From Myxococcota bacterium (GTDB lineage Bacteria; Myxococcota_A; UBA796; UBA2385), in assembly GCA_044344255.1 (NCBI GenBank), contig JBIJDH010000003.1, positions 352,001 through 416,000 of the forward strand: a stretch of 64,000 nt of DNA, written 5' to 3'. Under the pieces are notes generated by a model, which worked only from the letters and a program-made list of their open reading frames with translations, searched no databases and had not been told where the DNA came from. The stretch's first letter is position 1. Each line of letters opens with the position of its first letter. The position numbers and the translations under genes were made by a program. Below, one piece after another: positions 1 through 9,849 of the stretch.

Positions 1-1877
1 GAGAGGCTCCCGCTGGAGATGGCGGTGATCGACTCCGACCAGGTGCTCCACGATCCGGCGGGGGTGGAGACGACCGCCCCGGGTGAGCCGTTGTCGGCCG
101 TGCCGCAGCCGACCAGGGTGCCGTTGACCGCCCCGCCTGCCATCTTGATCGGCCCGTAGCTGCCCCCGCCGACGCCCATCTCGAAGCGGGAGAGGGTCTG
201 ACCGGCGCCGGTGCCGACGAGGGAGTACCAGGACTCGCCGCACTGGACGAGGCCGTAGACGTCGGCGTTGTCGCCGACGGTGACCGCGCGGCCGAGCGTG
301 ATGTCCATCGTGCCGGAGTCATTGGGGGTGAGCAGCCACGCCACGAGCTCGGTGACGCCGCCGTTGTCGCGGTGCCCGATGATGTCGGAGTAGCCATCGC
401 CGTTGACGTCGGCGGAGCCAATGGGACCCTGGCTCACCACCGAATAGCTGATGTTGGCGAAGGAGTCTGGGCTCCAGTCGATCCCGTCGAGGGAGCCCTG
501 GTAGAGCAGCAGGGCGTCGGTGACCACGCCGACATCGTCGACCGCGTCCCCGGTGAAGTCTCCGGCGGCGACCGGCCCGTACTCGAGGTCGTTGATGCTG
601 GTGCGGGTGAACTGCTCGCCGTCCCAGATGACGAGCTGGAGCACACCGTCTTCCTGGAGGGCCAGGATGTCTACCGTGCTGTCGCCGTTGATGTCGGCCA
701 TCGCGGGGTAGAAGGGGTCAAAGGCGAGCGGGTAGTGGGTGGTGACGTCATCGGTGACGTAGAAGACCCAGTCCTGGGCCCCGGCCTCGGGGATGCCGAC
801 CACGGAGGTCTCGTTGCTGCCGTTTCCGTCGAGATCGGCGTCGGGCAGCAGGCGGGAGCCCTCCGGGGCGGAGTAGGCCGAGAGCTCGAAGGTGGCGGCG
901 CCGGCCCAGCCCTCCGGGGAGAGCGTGTAGCGGCGGATGAAGCCGTTGGCGGCGTCGATCACCGCGATGTCGGGACGCCCATCGGAGGCGTCATCCGAAG
1001 CGGAGAGGCTGAAGATCTCGTGATTCAGCTCGAGCGGGGCCTCGGAGGTGAAGCCCCAGGAGCCGTCGCCGAGCAGGACCTCGACGGTGGCCTGGAGGTC
1101 ACCGCTGGCGCCCACGGCGATGTCGGTGAGGCGGTCGCCGTCCAGATCGCGGGCCGCGACGCCGACGACCTCGGCGCCGTTGCTCTCCCAGCCCGCGCCC
1201 CAGGCGTAGCCGCCCCCCGCTTGACCGCGGAGGCCGACGACGTCCGTGCCGCCCCAGACGACGAGGTCGAGCAGACCGTCGGCGTCGACGTGCGCGCCGA
1301 CCATCCCCGTGATGTCGAAGGGGAGGTCGAGCACGGAGTGGGCGGGGACTCCCGGACCGCTGGGCACCCACCAGACCGTGTTGGCCACCGCGACGGCGAC
1401 GCCGCCCGTGCCGGCCGTGGTGAAGGTGGGCTCCGACTCGAAGGTGGGGAGCATGTTGCCGCGGTTGATCCCGAAGGCCGGGAAGGGCGCGCCGACGACC
1501 TGCCCGATCGCGCCCCCGCCCACCGAGGCGTCATCGGACGAGGCCACGGCGGTGACGGTGAAGGTCTCGGGGGCTGCTGTGGTGACGTCGATGAAGCCGT
1601 AGCCGGTGCCTGAGACGGAGACGGTGGCCTCACCCAGCGTGGCGGTGGGACCATCGACCGACAGCGTGATCGTGCCGCCGGGGATCGCGGCGCCGAGCTC
1701 GTTGACGAGGCGCACGGGCACGCGGAGCGGGCTCCCCCCGACCGCGCCCACGACCTGGACGCTCACGGCGGTGCCGGCGTCGAGCTCGGTGAGCACCCGG
1801 GCGGCCTCGAGGTCCTCGGCGGAACAGGCGGCCAGCAGCGCCAGCACGGCGAGGGCAGATGCGCGGGTGGAGGTCAT
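1..1877 (-). CDS. FG-GAP/VCBS repeat lipoprotein (3'-truncated by window edge)
   Basis: Not in ORF track because it has no stop in the window. ATG at 1877 abuts the upstream stop; MTSTRASALAVLALLAAC lipobox; repeats HVDADGLLDLV, RDLDGDRLTDIAV, ADINGDSTVDIL, GDFTGDAVDDV, ADVNGDGYSDII. Confidence 0.8.
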   Translation of the reverse strand, partial: MTSTRASALAVLALLAACSAEDLEAARVLTELDAGTAVSVQVVGAVGGSPLRVPVRLVNELGAAIPGGTITLSVDGPTATLGEATVSVSGTGYGFIDVTTAAPETFTVTAVASSDDASVGGGAIGQVVGAPFPAFGINRGNMLPTFESEPTFTTAGTGGVAVAVANTVWWVPSGPGVPAHSVLDLPFDITGMVGAHVDADGLLDLVVWGGTDVVGLRGQAGGGYAWGAGWESNGAEVVGVAARDLDGDRLTDIAVGASGDLQATVEVLLGDGSWGFTSEAPLELNHEIFSLSASDDASDGRPDIAVIDAANGFIRRYTLSPEGWAGAATFELSAYSAPEGSRLLPDADLDGNGSNETSVVGIPEAGAQDWVFYVTDDVTTHYPLAFDPFYPAMADINGDSTVDILALQEDGVLQLVIWDGEQFTRTSINDLEYGPVAAGDFTGDAVDDVGVVTDALLLYQGSLDGIDWSPDSFANISYSVVSQGPIGSADVNGDGYSDIIGHRDNGGVTELVAWLLTPNDSGTMDITLGRAVTVGDNADVYGLVQCGESWYSLVGTGAGQTLSRFEMGVGGGSYGPIKMAGGAVNGTLVGCGTADNGSPGAVVSTPAGSWSTWSESITAISSGSL

Positions 1878-3554
1878 TCAGTCTCCCGATTTGTCGAACG
1901 AAACAACGCCGGGCAGTCTATCGCGCCGACGGCGGCGGCGGAACGGCGCCAGGAAGATGAGGGGCAGCAGGAGCAGGCGCGAGCGGCAGCCGAGCTCGCC
2001 GGGCGGCCCGGGTGGCGGGAGGCGGGCCCGGCCCGCGCCGAGGTCAGGGTCGGCCTCGTCCCACAGGGGGTCGGCGTCGGCGATCGCGGTCTGCTTCAGG
2101 CGCTTCACCGCGGCCGACGCGCCGCCCTCCGGATCGGCCTGGAGGAGCAGGGCGAGAGCGCCGACCACGGCGGGGGTGGACGCCGAGGTGCCGTAGAAGC
2201 CCGTGGGGCCGTAGACGGAGCTCGACACGCCGTCCGGCCCTGCGATGTCGGGCTTGGTGAGGCCGCTTCCGGTCGGGCCGCGCGAGGAGAAGGACTCCGC
2301 CCCGTTCGTCGCGTAGCCGACCGCACGGACCGCTCCGACGGTGAACACGGCGGGGTGGGTCCCGGGATCGGTGACCGAGCCCGCCGCCACCGGCCCGTAG
2401 ACCTCACCGTCGCGGGCCATGACGTCGTAGGTGAGGTCGTCGCTGCCGGACTTCCGGTAGATCTGAAGGTAGTACCATCCCTCTTCCGCGGCGGGTATCG
2501 TGACTCGCTCGAGGGGGAAGCAGCCCGGATCGCCGGCCACCTGATCGTCGGTGGACCGATCGAGGAGCTCTCCCGCCTGGTTGTAGGCGAAGAGATCGAG
2601 GTCGGTCTGCCCGCAGCGGCTCAGGTTGTCCCAGAGCACGTTGACCTTGGCGCTTCCTCCCTTGTTTAGGTAGATCGGGAGATACTCGGAACCCCAGGGG
2701 AGGTCGGCGCGGCCGTCGAAGTCGCGGTCTTCGAAGCGGCCGCGGTAATGCTCGGTGGCGTAGTTCCCGGCGCTCGAGACCATCTGGACGCCGCCGGCCA
2801 TCAGCGTGTCCATGGCCTCGTTGATGGCGCCGGTGCCGTCGTAGAAGCTCTCGTTGAAGAAGGAGAGCGACATGCTGACGAGGTCGATCTCGTTGCGCAC
2901 CGCCCAGTCCACCGCGTTCTCGAGGGTGGTCAGGCCGTTGACCCGCACGAGGTGGAGCTCGACGCCGGGGGCGATGTCGCGGATGAGCTGCGCGCAGGCG
3001 ACGCCGTGGCTGCCCGACTCGAAGCTGAAGCGGGGGTGCAGCGAGTCCATCGGGACGTCGCAGGAGCGGTGCGCGTAGCAGTCGTGGGTCTCGTAGTCGC
3101 CCAGCTCGGCGGCGTGGGAGGCGAGCTCGGCCTCGTGCCACTGGACGTCGAAGACGGCGACCTTGACGCCGCTCCCGTCGTAGCCCGCCGCGTGCCAGGG
3201 CTCGACGCCGAGGGCGTCGATGGCCTCCCAGGCGGTGATGGGGCCCGGCGACGAGACGTCGGCCTCGGCGGAGTCGCCTGCGGGCGCGCGATCGAGCTGG
3301 GGGATCGAGGCCGGGCGCCAGGGGGTGGCGGGGTCATCCGGCGGGGCGGCGAGGAGGCTGCCATGGCGGCTCGTGGTCAGCGCGCCCGGGTAGTCGGGGA
3401 CATCGACGCGGACGAGCGCGGCGGGGTCGAGGCCGCTGATGTCGAGCGCGGCGGCCTCGTCGACGGGCGCCGCCCAGGAGACGGGCTCGGGGGGCGGGGC
3501 GGTGGGGCCGGGCAAGGGGACCTCTCGGGGACATCCTACCGTGTCAAGGCGCAC
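1878..3554 (-). CDS. S8 (subtilisin-family) serine peptidase with C-terminal sorting-like tail
   Basis: Triad motifs VAVFD, SHGVACA, GTSASTP; SSAGN oxyanion motif; KPDIAGP; tail GC-hydrophobic-RRRRRR. Start uncertain. Confidence 0.9.
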   Translation of the reverse strand: MRLDTVGCPREVPLPGPTAPPPEPVSWAAPVDEAAALDISGLDPAALVRVDVPDYPGALTTSRHGSLLAAPPDDPATPWRPASIPQLDRAPAGDSAEADVSSPGPITAWEAIDALGVEPWHAAGYDGSGVKVAVFDVQWHEAELASHAAELGDYETHDCYAHRSCDVPMDSLHPRFSFESGSHGVACAQLIRDIAPGVELHLVRVNGLTTLENAVDWAVRNEIDLVSMSLSFFNESFYDGTGAINEAMDTLMAGGVQMVSSAGNYATEHYRGRFEDRDFDGRADLPWGSEYLPIYLNKGGSAKVNVLWDNLSRCGQTDLDLFAYNQAGELLDRSTDDQVAGDPGCFPLERVTIPAAEEGWYYLQIYRKSGSDDLTYDVMARDGEVYGPVAAGSVTDPGTHPAVFTVGAVRAVGYATNGAESFSSRGPTGSGLTKPDIAGPDGVSSSVYGPTGFYGTSASTPAVVGALALLLQADPEGGASAAVKRLKQTAIADADPLWDEADPDLGAGRARLPPPGPPGELGCRSRLLLLPLIFLAPFRRRRRRDRLPGVVSFDKSGD

Positions 3555-3660
3555 GAGACCGGTCGGGGCCCCGGCGCGCCGGACGGTCCTTGCCGGGAGG
3601 GGCCTCCCGGGTCAGGGGGCGGTGTCTCGCCCGGAGAACGCGGGCGACGCCGAGGTGACG

Positions 3661-4395
3661 ATGGCCCTGCTCTCTTGCACTGCGTGGACCGCCTCGGCGC
3701 GGGGCCGCTGCGGGATCCTCTGCGGGCTCTTCTTGGCCGCCCTCTCCGGCTGCGTCAGCATGGGCAGCTACCAGCGCGCGGAGACCCTCGGGAAGGGCGG
3801 GCTGGAGACGGCCCTCGAGCCGGCTTACCTCCGGGTGCCGGGCTCGGATGACGGGCACGTCACCGGCAACGCCGCGCTCCGGGCCGGGGTCGCCGAGCGG
3901 GTGGACGTGGGCCTCCGAGCTGGGTCCACCGGGGTGACCGCCACCACCAAGGTGATGCTCACCGCTCCTGATGGTGACGGCCTCATCGTCGCGGTGGCCC
4001 CCGCGGCCGGCGGGAACACGGTGGCGGCGGAGGGCGATCGGGAGACCTCGATCAACGCGCGCCTCCCCGTGCTGCTCGGTCTGCCGCTCGGCCGCCACGA
4101 GCTCGTGCTGGTGCCGACCCTGGGCTTCGACCACGGCACGTACCACGACGAGTCGGAGGCCCTGGATCTCCGCATCTCCGCCCTCGGCGTAGGCGGCGCG
4201 CTCGGCTTCGTCACGCAGCTCCGGCCCGACATCGCCCTCGTGCCAGAGCTCTCGCTCTACACGCCGCTCAAGGCCTGGGGCGACTTCCAGGCGGGGGGCG
4301 CCTCCGCCGAGGTGATCGACGACGGCGGCTTCGCCTGGCAGGCGGGCCTGGGCGTCATCCTCGGCGGCCCGAAGGCGAAGCCGACCGGCAAGTGA
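3661..4395 (+). CDS. Hypothetical lipoprotein, outer-membrane beta-strand-rich
   Basis: ATG 3661; LAALSGC lipobox; AETLGKG motif; amphipathic strands ending WQAGLGVILG. Confidence 0.65.
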   Translation: MALLSCTAWTASARGRCGILCGLFLAALSGCVSMGSYQRAETLGKGGLETALEPAYLRVPGSDDGHVTGNAALRAGVAERVDVGLRAGSTGVTATTKVMLTAPDGDGLIVAVAPAAGGNTVAAEGDRETSINARLPVLLGLPLGRHELVLVPTLGFDHGTYHDESEALDLRISALGVGGALGFVTQLRPDIALVPELSLYTPLKAWGDFQAGGASAEVIDDGGFAWQAGLGVILGGPKAKPTGK

Positions 4396-4419
4396 CCCCG
4401 CTCGGGGGGGCCTCGCCGC

Positions 4420-5514
4420 TCAGGGCGCGCTGATCGCGCCGCTGGCCTGCAGGCTGTCGTTCCAGGTCCCGCCGCTCTGCCACCAGGACGCCGCGCCAGG
4501 GTCGAGCCCGAGGCTGAGCATGGCCCAGGAGGTCATCAACGCGCCGAGCGTCTCCTGGATGTCGGAGTCGGAGAACTCTTCGTTGCTCCCGGTGCAGGCG
4601 AGGGTGCAGAGGCCGTCGGTGGGGCTCTCGAAGTCGCAGTGATCTGCCTCCGTGACGCGCCAGCCGATGTGGTCGGGGGCGGCTTCATAGGGCACGCGCC
4701 CGCTGTTCGAGGCGTTACACAGCGAGCTCTCGCCCAGGAGGAAGGCCGCGGGCACGCTGAGCGAGGCCCCGACGGAGGAGGAGTCCGCGCCGAAGGCCTC
4801 GACCGGATCGAGGCCGAGCACCGCCGACGCGCTGGGATCGGCCGCACCCGCGAGGAGCGCGGCCAGCCCTCCGGCCGAGTGCCCCACCCAGACGACACCG
4901 GTGTAGCCAAGGTGCCCAGCCAGCTCGATCATGTCGGCGGCGTTCTCCTCGGGGTTGACGTCGAAGGCGCTCGAGTGGCAGAGGTTGGGGGTCACGACGA
5001 TCAGCCCCCAGCTCGAGAGCTGCGTCGCCCACCCCTCCATCTGCGCCTGGGAGCGGACGAAGCCGTGGGCCAAGAAGACCACGCCTGCCGGGATGGTGCC
5101 GTTGGGCTCGTAGATCGTGTAGTCGAGGGTGCAGTCGGTGTCCGTGTCGAAGCTTCCCTCCGTGGCGATGACGTCTCCCCAGGGGCCGCTCCCGCGGTAG
5201 TCGACGTCGGGATCGGGGGCGCCGGTGTCGCCGCCGCCGTCGGTGCCGTCGGAGCCGTCGGTGCCGTCGGTGCCGTCGGAGCCGTCTCCGCCTCCATCGA
5301 CCATGCCGTCGCCGCCGTCGGTGGTGCCCGAGTCGGTGCCCGAGCCGCCGTCGCCGCCGTCCGATCCGCCTCCATCATCCGAGATCACGCGACCGCGGTC
5401 CTCCTCGGGGGTCTTCGACGGGCGACATCCTGCGGTCGAGGCGAGCAGGAGAGCGCCGAGGAGCGGGAGGGTCCAGGGACGGGTGGGGTCGATGACGGGG
5501 AGGATGGTTCGCAT
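4420..5514 (-). CDS. Alpha/beta hydrolase lipoprotein (chlorophyllase/cutinase-like)
   Basis: STAGC lipobox; D/G/T linker; FLAHGF, GHSAGG nucleophile elbow, LGLDPV, ADHCDF. Confidence 0.8.
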   Translation of the reverse strand: MRTILPVIDPTRPWTLPLLGALLLASTAGCRPSKTPEEDRGRVISDDGGGSDGGDGGSGTDSGTTDGGDGMVDGGGDGSDGTDGTDGSDGTDGGGDTGAPDPDVDYRGSGPWGDVIATEGSFDTDTDCTLDYTIYEPNGTIPAGVVFLAHGFVRSQAQMEGWATQLSSWGLIVVTPNLCHSSAFDVNPEENAADMIELAGHLGYTGVVWVGHSAGGLAALLAGAADPSASAVLGLDPVEAFGADSSSVGASLSVPAAFLLGESSLCNASNSGRVPYEAAPDHIGWRVTEADHCDFESPTDGLCTLACTGSNEEFSDSDIQETLGALMTSWAMLSLGLDPGAASWWQSGGTWNDSLQASGAISAP

Positions 5515-5633
5515 GCGCGCATCGTAGCCCAGCGCAGCGGCCTCGTCCGGGGGCGCCGGGGGCGCCCGGGACCCCGGGGCGCTGTCGTGACGGGGGGTTA
5601 GGGGGGCCCTCTCCCGCACCCCCGAGGTGACCC

Positions 5634-6944
5634 TTGGCCCAGCTCCCCGGTCTCCCGAACCCCGCCGCCGTTCATCCTGTCAGCGGGGGCTCGGTTCGAG
5701 AGAGCGACGTCATCTTCGACTGGAACCGGAACGGGCTCAACGCCGGCCCGCCGATGCGTCGGGTGGCCTTCGTTGATGAGACGCTCCGCGATGGCATCCA
5801 GTGCCCTTCGGTGACCGATCCGCCGATCGAGCAGAAGAAGCAGATCCTCCGGTTGCTCGCGTCGGTGGGCGTGGACTACTGTGACCTCGGCCTCCCGGGA
5901 GCGGGCCCCCGCGCCGTCCAAGACGTCGCGACGCTCGCCGCGGTCATCCGAGACGAGCGCCTCCCGATCCAGGCCCAATGTGCGGCCCGCACCCACGCCA
6001 ACGACATCCGGCCGATCGTCGAGGTCTCCGAGAAGGTGGGCATCCCCATCGAGGTGATGACGTTTCTGGGCGCGTCGCCGATCCGCCTCTACACCGAGGG
6101 CTGGGACGAAGATCTGCTCGAGCAGCGCACGCGCGCCTCGGTGCGGCAGGCGAAGGAGGCCGGCCTGCCCTGCACCTTCGTCACCGAAGACACCATCCGC
6201 TCGCACCCGACCACCCTCCGCCGCCTCTTCACGGCGGCGATTGAGGAGGGGGCGGACGGGCTCTGCCTCTGTGACACCGTCGGACACGCCACCGAGACCG
6301 GCACCCGCAACCTGATCGAGTTCACCCGCACCATCATTCGCGGCCTCGGCACGAACACCCGCGTGGACTGGCACGGTCACTCCGACCGCGGGCTCGGCCT
6401 CAGCAACGCGCTGGCCGCCGTCGCCGCCGGGGCGGACCGGGTGCATGGCACGGTGCTCGGCATGGGTGAGCGCGTCGGCAACACCCCGCTCGACCTCCTG
6501 CTCGTCAACATGCGCCTCTACGGCGCGATCGACAATGACCTCTCACGCCTCGGTGAGCTCGTCGATCTGGCCAGCGCCGCCTGCGAGGTGCCGGTGCCGG
6601 TGAGCTACCCGGTCTTCGGGCGCGACGCCTTCCGCACGGGCACCGGCGTTCACGCGGCGGCGGTGATCAAGGCGATCAAGAAGGGGGAGGCCTGGCTGGC
6701 CGATCAGGTGTATTCGGGCGTCCCCGCCTCCTGGTTCGGCCGGAAGCAGGAGATCGAGATCGGCCACATGGCGGGCGACAGCAACATCGTCTATTGGCTC
6801 CAGTCTCGCGGCATCGAGGCAGAGGCCTCCCTGGTCTCCGCGATCCGCGAGGCCGCCAAGTCGACGAACCGCCTCCTCGAGAACACTGAAGTCATGGTGA
6901 TCGTCGAGCGGTGGAGCGCCGAGCAGGCTCCGGCCTCCCGGTAG
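5634..6944 (+). CDS. LeuA-family DRE-TIM metallolyase (2-isopropylmalate/homocitrate synthase-like), no regulatory domain
   Basis: DETLRDGIQ, LCDTVG, HGHSDRGLG, GMGERVGN motifs. Confidence 0.85.
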   Translation: MAQLPGLPNPAAVHPVSGGSVRESDVIFDWNRNGLNAGPPMRRVAFVDETLRDGIQCPSVTDPPIEQKKQILRLLASVGVDYCDLGLPGAGPRAVQDVATLAAVIRDERLPIQAQCAARTHANDIRPIVEVSEKVGIPIEVMTFLGASPIRLYTEGWDEDLLEQRTRASVRQAKEAGLPCTFVTEDTIRSHPTTLRRLFTAAIEEGADGLCLCDTVGHATETGTRNLIEFTRTIIRGLGTNTRVDWHGHSDRGLGLSNALAAVAAGADRVHGTVLGMGERVGNTPLDLLLVNMRLYGAIDNDLSRLGELVDLASAACEVPVPVSYPVFGRDAFRTGTGVHAAAVIKAIKKGEAWLADQVYSGVPASWFGRKQEIEIGHMAGDSNIVYWLQSRGIEAEASLVSAIREAAKSTNRLLENTEVMVIVERWSAEQAPASR

Positions 6945-6982
6945 GCGCTCCCGGCTCCCCGCTCCCCGGCCCCTGCTCCCGT

Positions 6983-7960
6983 TCAGTCGGAGCAGACGTC
7001 CGTGCCGGGCTGCACCTCCGCCTCGAGGTCGTCGTCGGAGTCAGCGAGTGAACGTGTCGCGTCCGCGGTCAGCCCTGTGATGTCGACGAGGTGTGGGTAG
7101 TCGATGCGGTCGGCGGTGTCGCAGCGCTTGTGGTAACAGTCGGGGTCGTCTGTCCACATGAACACATAGGGTATTCCACGCGAGCAGAAGGTCACGTTGT
7201 CGGAGAGGTCGCTCCAGTCGCCGACGCCCACGTCGATCGAGGGGTAGCCGTCGGCGAGGTCCTCGACGATGGTCCGGCCCGGTGTACCGCGGAGCGTTCC
7301 GAGCGCATAGACGTAGTCGGTCTGGTCATAACTGCCGATCATGTCGAGGTTGAGGTTGAACACGACGTCGTGGGGGTCGTAGAGCGAGTCGCTGTCCGTG
7401 TAGAAGGCCTCTGAACCCTCGAAGCCGGACTCCTCGGAGCCGAAGGCGGCGAAGATCACCGTCCGCCGAGCCGGCCCCTCCGCCGCCAGGGTGGAGGCGA
7501 TCGCCAGCAGGCCGGCCACCCCCGAGGCGTTGTCATTGGCGCCGAGGCGGCCGTCACCGAGGTGGTCATGGTGAGCCGAGACGAGGATGATCTCCGACTC
7601 CAGGGCCTCGTCGGTGCCGGGCAGCGCGGCGAGCACGTTGGCGGTCTCCCGGTCGCTGTAGTCGGTGAAGGCCTCCTCGTACTCACCAGAGGCGAGCAGC
7701 GGCTCGAGGCCGAGGCAGGCCAGTCGGTCGGCGATCCACTGCCGGCCCGCGGCGTCGCCTTCGGAGCCCGGGTACCGCCCGTCGAGCTCGGGATCGGCGA
7801 GGTACTCGATGTCGGCGGCCAGATCGGCCTGGTCGAGGCCCATCGACGCGCAGTCGGAGAGGTCCGCGCCCTTCGGCGAGCCGCCGCCGCCGTCACCGCC
7901 TCCGCAGCCGACGGCGAAGAGGATCAGGGCGGAGGAGGGGCGGGCGGTGGGGCAGGGCAT
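6983..7960 (-). CDS. M28 family metallopeptidase lipoprotein
   Basis: AVGC lipobox; SAHHDHLG, GANDNASG, GSEESGFEGS, NLDMIG, SDN, YH..DT motifs. Confidence 0.9.
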   Translation of the reverse strand: MPCPTARPSSALILFAVGCGGGDGGGGSPKGADLSDCASMGLDQADLAADIEYLADPELDGRYPGSEGDAAGRQWIADRLACLGLEPLLASGEYEEAFTDYSDRETANVLAALPGTDEALESEIILVSAHHDHLGDGRLGANDNASGVAGLLAIASTLAAEGPARRTVIFAAFGSEESGFEGSEAFYTDSDSLYDPHDVVFNLNLDMIGSYDQTDYVYALGTLRGTPGRTIVEDLADGYPSIDVGVGDWSDLSDNVTFCSRGIPYVFMWTDDPDCYHKRCDTADRIDYPHLVDITGLTADATRSLADSDDDLEAEVQPGTDVCSD

Positions 7961-7995
7961 CAGGCGAGCTCCGGAGGGGTGCGGGCTCCGTGCGG

Positions 7996-9828
7996 CTATC
8001 CCGACGCGGAGCTGGGATCCTCGCCGACCGGCGGCAGCGCCCGCTCCGCAGGGGTCTCGGGCGCCGAGCGCGCCCGGAGCTGATCCTGGGCCTCCTGCAG
8101 CCGGCGCTCCGCCTCGTCCCTCTGCTCTTCGGCCGCCTCGCGCAGCGCCGCCGCCTCTCGCAGCGCCCGCTCGGCCTCCTCGCGGTCCTGCTCGGCCCGC
8201 CGGCGGGACTCCTGCTCGGCCTCCACTCGCACCTCCAGGGTCTGTCGGGCCCCGTGCTCCTGCTGGAATTTCTGCTCGGCGGCGAGCAGGCGCCCTTGGA
8301 GGTCGATCTCGGCGAGGAGGGCGTCGCGGAGGCGGCGCTCGGCCTCGGCGCGGGCCACCTCGGCGGCCCCGCGGCGCTTCTCGGCCTCGTCTCTCGCTTG
8401 AATCTCGGCGGCGGCGCGGGCCTCGGCGGCGGTCTGCCCTTCTCGGGCGGCCTCGCGGGCCTCGGCGGCGGCGGCGGCCTCGACGAGGGCCTGGTCGCGC
8501 TCGGCCTCGGCGGTGGCGCGCACGGCCTCGGCGGCGGCGGCGGCCTGCTCGGCCTCGGCGCGGCGCTCCCGGGCCTCGGCTACGTCGGTCTGCAGCGCCT
8601 CGCGGGTCTGCTGCAACGACCAGACGGCGCCTGAGAAGACGAGCAACATCCCTGAGAGCACCGCCCCGGCGGTGGCGAGCTCGCGGTTGCGGCGGAGGAA
8701 GAGGCCCACGCGGAGGGCGGGGTTCGGGCCGTCTACCGACGTCGGGAAGTGAGCGAGCAGCGCGCCGAGCTCGTCGGCCAGGGCGAGGGCGGTGGGGTAG
8801 CGGTCGCGCGGCTGGCGGGCCATCGCCCTCTCGACCACGCGCGCCACCCGGGCGGTGGCCTGGAGCGGTCGAGGTGGGCCTTCCCGCACCTGGGCGATGA
8901 CGTCGAGGGCGGGGACAGAGGAGTGGCGACCGCTCGGCTGATACGGCGCGGCGCCGGAGAGGAGGGAGTAGAGCGTGGCGCCGAGGGCATAGACGTCGCT
9001 CGCGCGGGTCGGCGCCTCACCGCGGGCCTGCTCGGGCGACATGTAGGCAGGGGTGCCCACGACGTGGCCTCCTTCGATGATCACGGTGACGGTCTCGGTG
9101 CTCGGCGTGTCGGTGTTGGCGGGCTCCCGGAGCTGGGGGGTGGCGAGGCCGAAGTCGGTCACCAGCACCCGCCGGCTGACGGGGAGCAGGAGCAGGTTGG
9201 CGGGCTTGAGGTCGCGGTGCAGCACCCCGACCCGATGCGCGGCGTCGACGCCGAGGGCGGCCTCGCGGATGAAGCGGAGGGCCTCGGTGGTGTCGCGGGG
9301 CGGGTCCCCGGCGACGGTGGAGCCCACCACCAGCTCCTCGCCGCCGTCTGGCCGGGGCCGCCGCTCGGCGCAGAGCTGCATCTCGATGTAGTGCATGCCG
9401 GCGGAGGGCGGGCCCCCCGGCAAGAGCCCCGCGGCCTTCACGCGCACGACGTGGTCGGAGAGGATCTGCGAGGCGGCCCGCGCCTCGTTCATCACCATGT
9501 CGAGGGCGCTCTGGGAGGCGGGCCCCCGCGGGTGGAGGAGCTTGAGGGCGGTCCAGGCGTGGAGGTGGGTGTCCCAGGCCTTCCAGACGCTGGCGGAGGC
9601 GCCAGCGCCCAGGCGCTCGCCGAGGCGGTAACGGTCGAGCTCGAGGCCCTCCCGCAGCTCGAGGGTGGGGCGCGGGGGCTCGCTGGCCGCGAGCAGGGCG
9701 CGGAGCTGGCGGCTGAGGGTGGGGTCGTCGCCGGTGAGCCCGCCCAGGGCCTTCTCGCGGTCCTCGGTGGGGAGCTCGACCAGCTCGGCGAAGAGCTCGT
9801 CCAGGTAGTAGCGGCTGGCGTCCTTCAT
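7996..9828 (-). CDS. Hanks-type Ser/Thr protein kinase with TM helix and C-terminal coiled coil
   Basis: LGAGASASV, ALK, HRDLKPAN, TDFG, GTPAYMSPEQ, DVYALG; TM helix, then an A/E/R-rich tail. Confidence 0.95.
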   Translation of the reverse strand: MKDASRYYLDELFAELVELPTEDREKALGGLTGDDPTLSRQLRALLAASEPPRPTLELREGLELDRYRLGERLGAGASASVWKAWDTHLHAWTALKLLHPRGPASQSALDMVMNEARAASQILSDHVVRVKAAGLLPGGPPSAGMHYIEMQLCAERRPRPDGGEELVVGSTVAGDPPRDTTEALRFIREAALGVDAAHRVGVLHRDLKPANLLLLPVSRRVLVTDFGLATPQLREPANTDTPSTETVTVIIEGGHVVGTPAYMSPEQARGEAPTRASDVYALGATLYSLLSGAAPYQPSGRHSSVPALDVIAQVREGPPRPLQATARVARVVERAMARQPRDRYPTALALADELGALLAHFPTSVDGPNPALRVGLFLRRNRELATAGAVLSGMLLVFSGAVWSLQQTREALQTDVAEARERRAEAEQAAAAAEAVRATAEAERDQALVEAAAAAEAREAAREGQTAAEARAAAEIQARDEAEKRRGAAEVARAEAERRLRDALLAEIDLQGRLLAAEQKFQQEHGARQTLEVRVEAEQESRRRAEQDREEAERALREAAALREAAEEQRDEAERRLQEAQDQLRARSAPETPAERALPPVGEDPSSASG

Positions 9829-9849
9829 GGGGTGGGCATCCCGTCGCCC

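Noticed and set aside
372..1613. 413-aa + strand ORF
   Set aside because: Antisense to the FG-GAP lipoprotein, which has a lipobox and recognisable repeats
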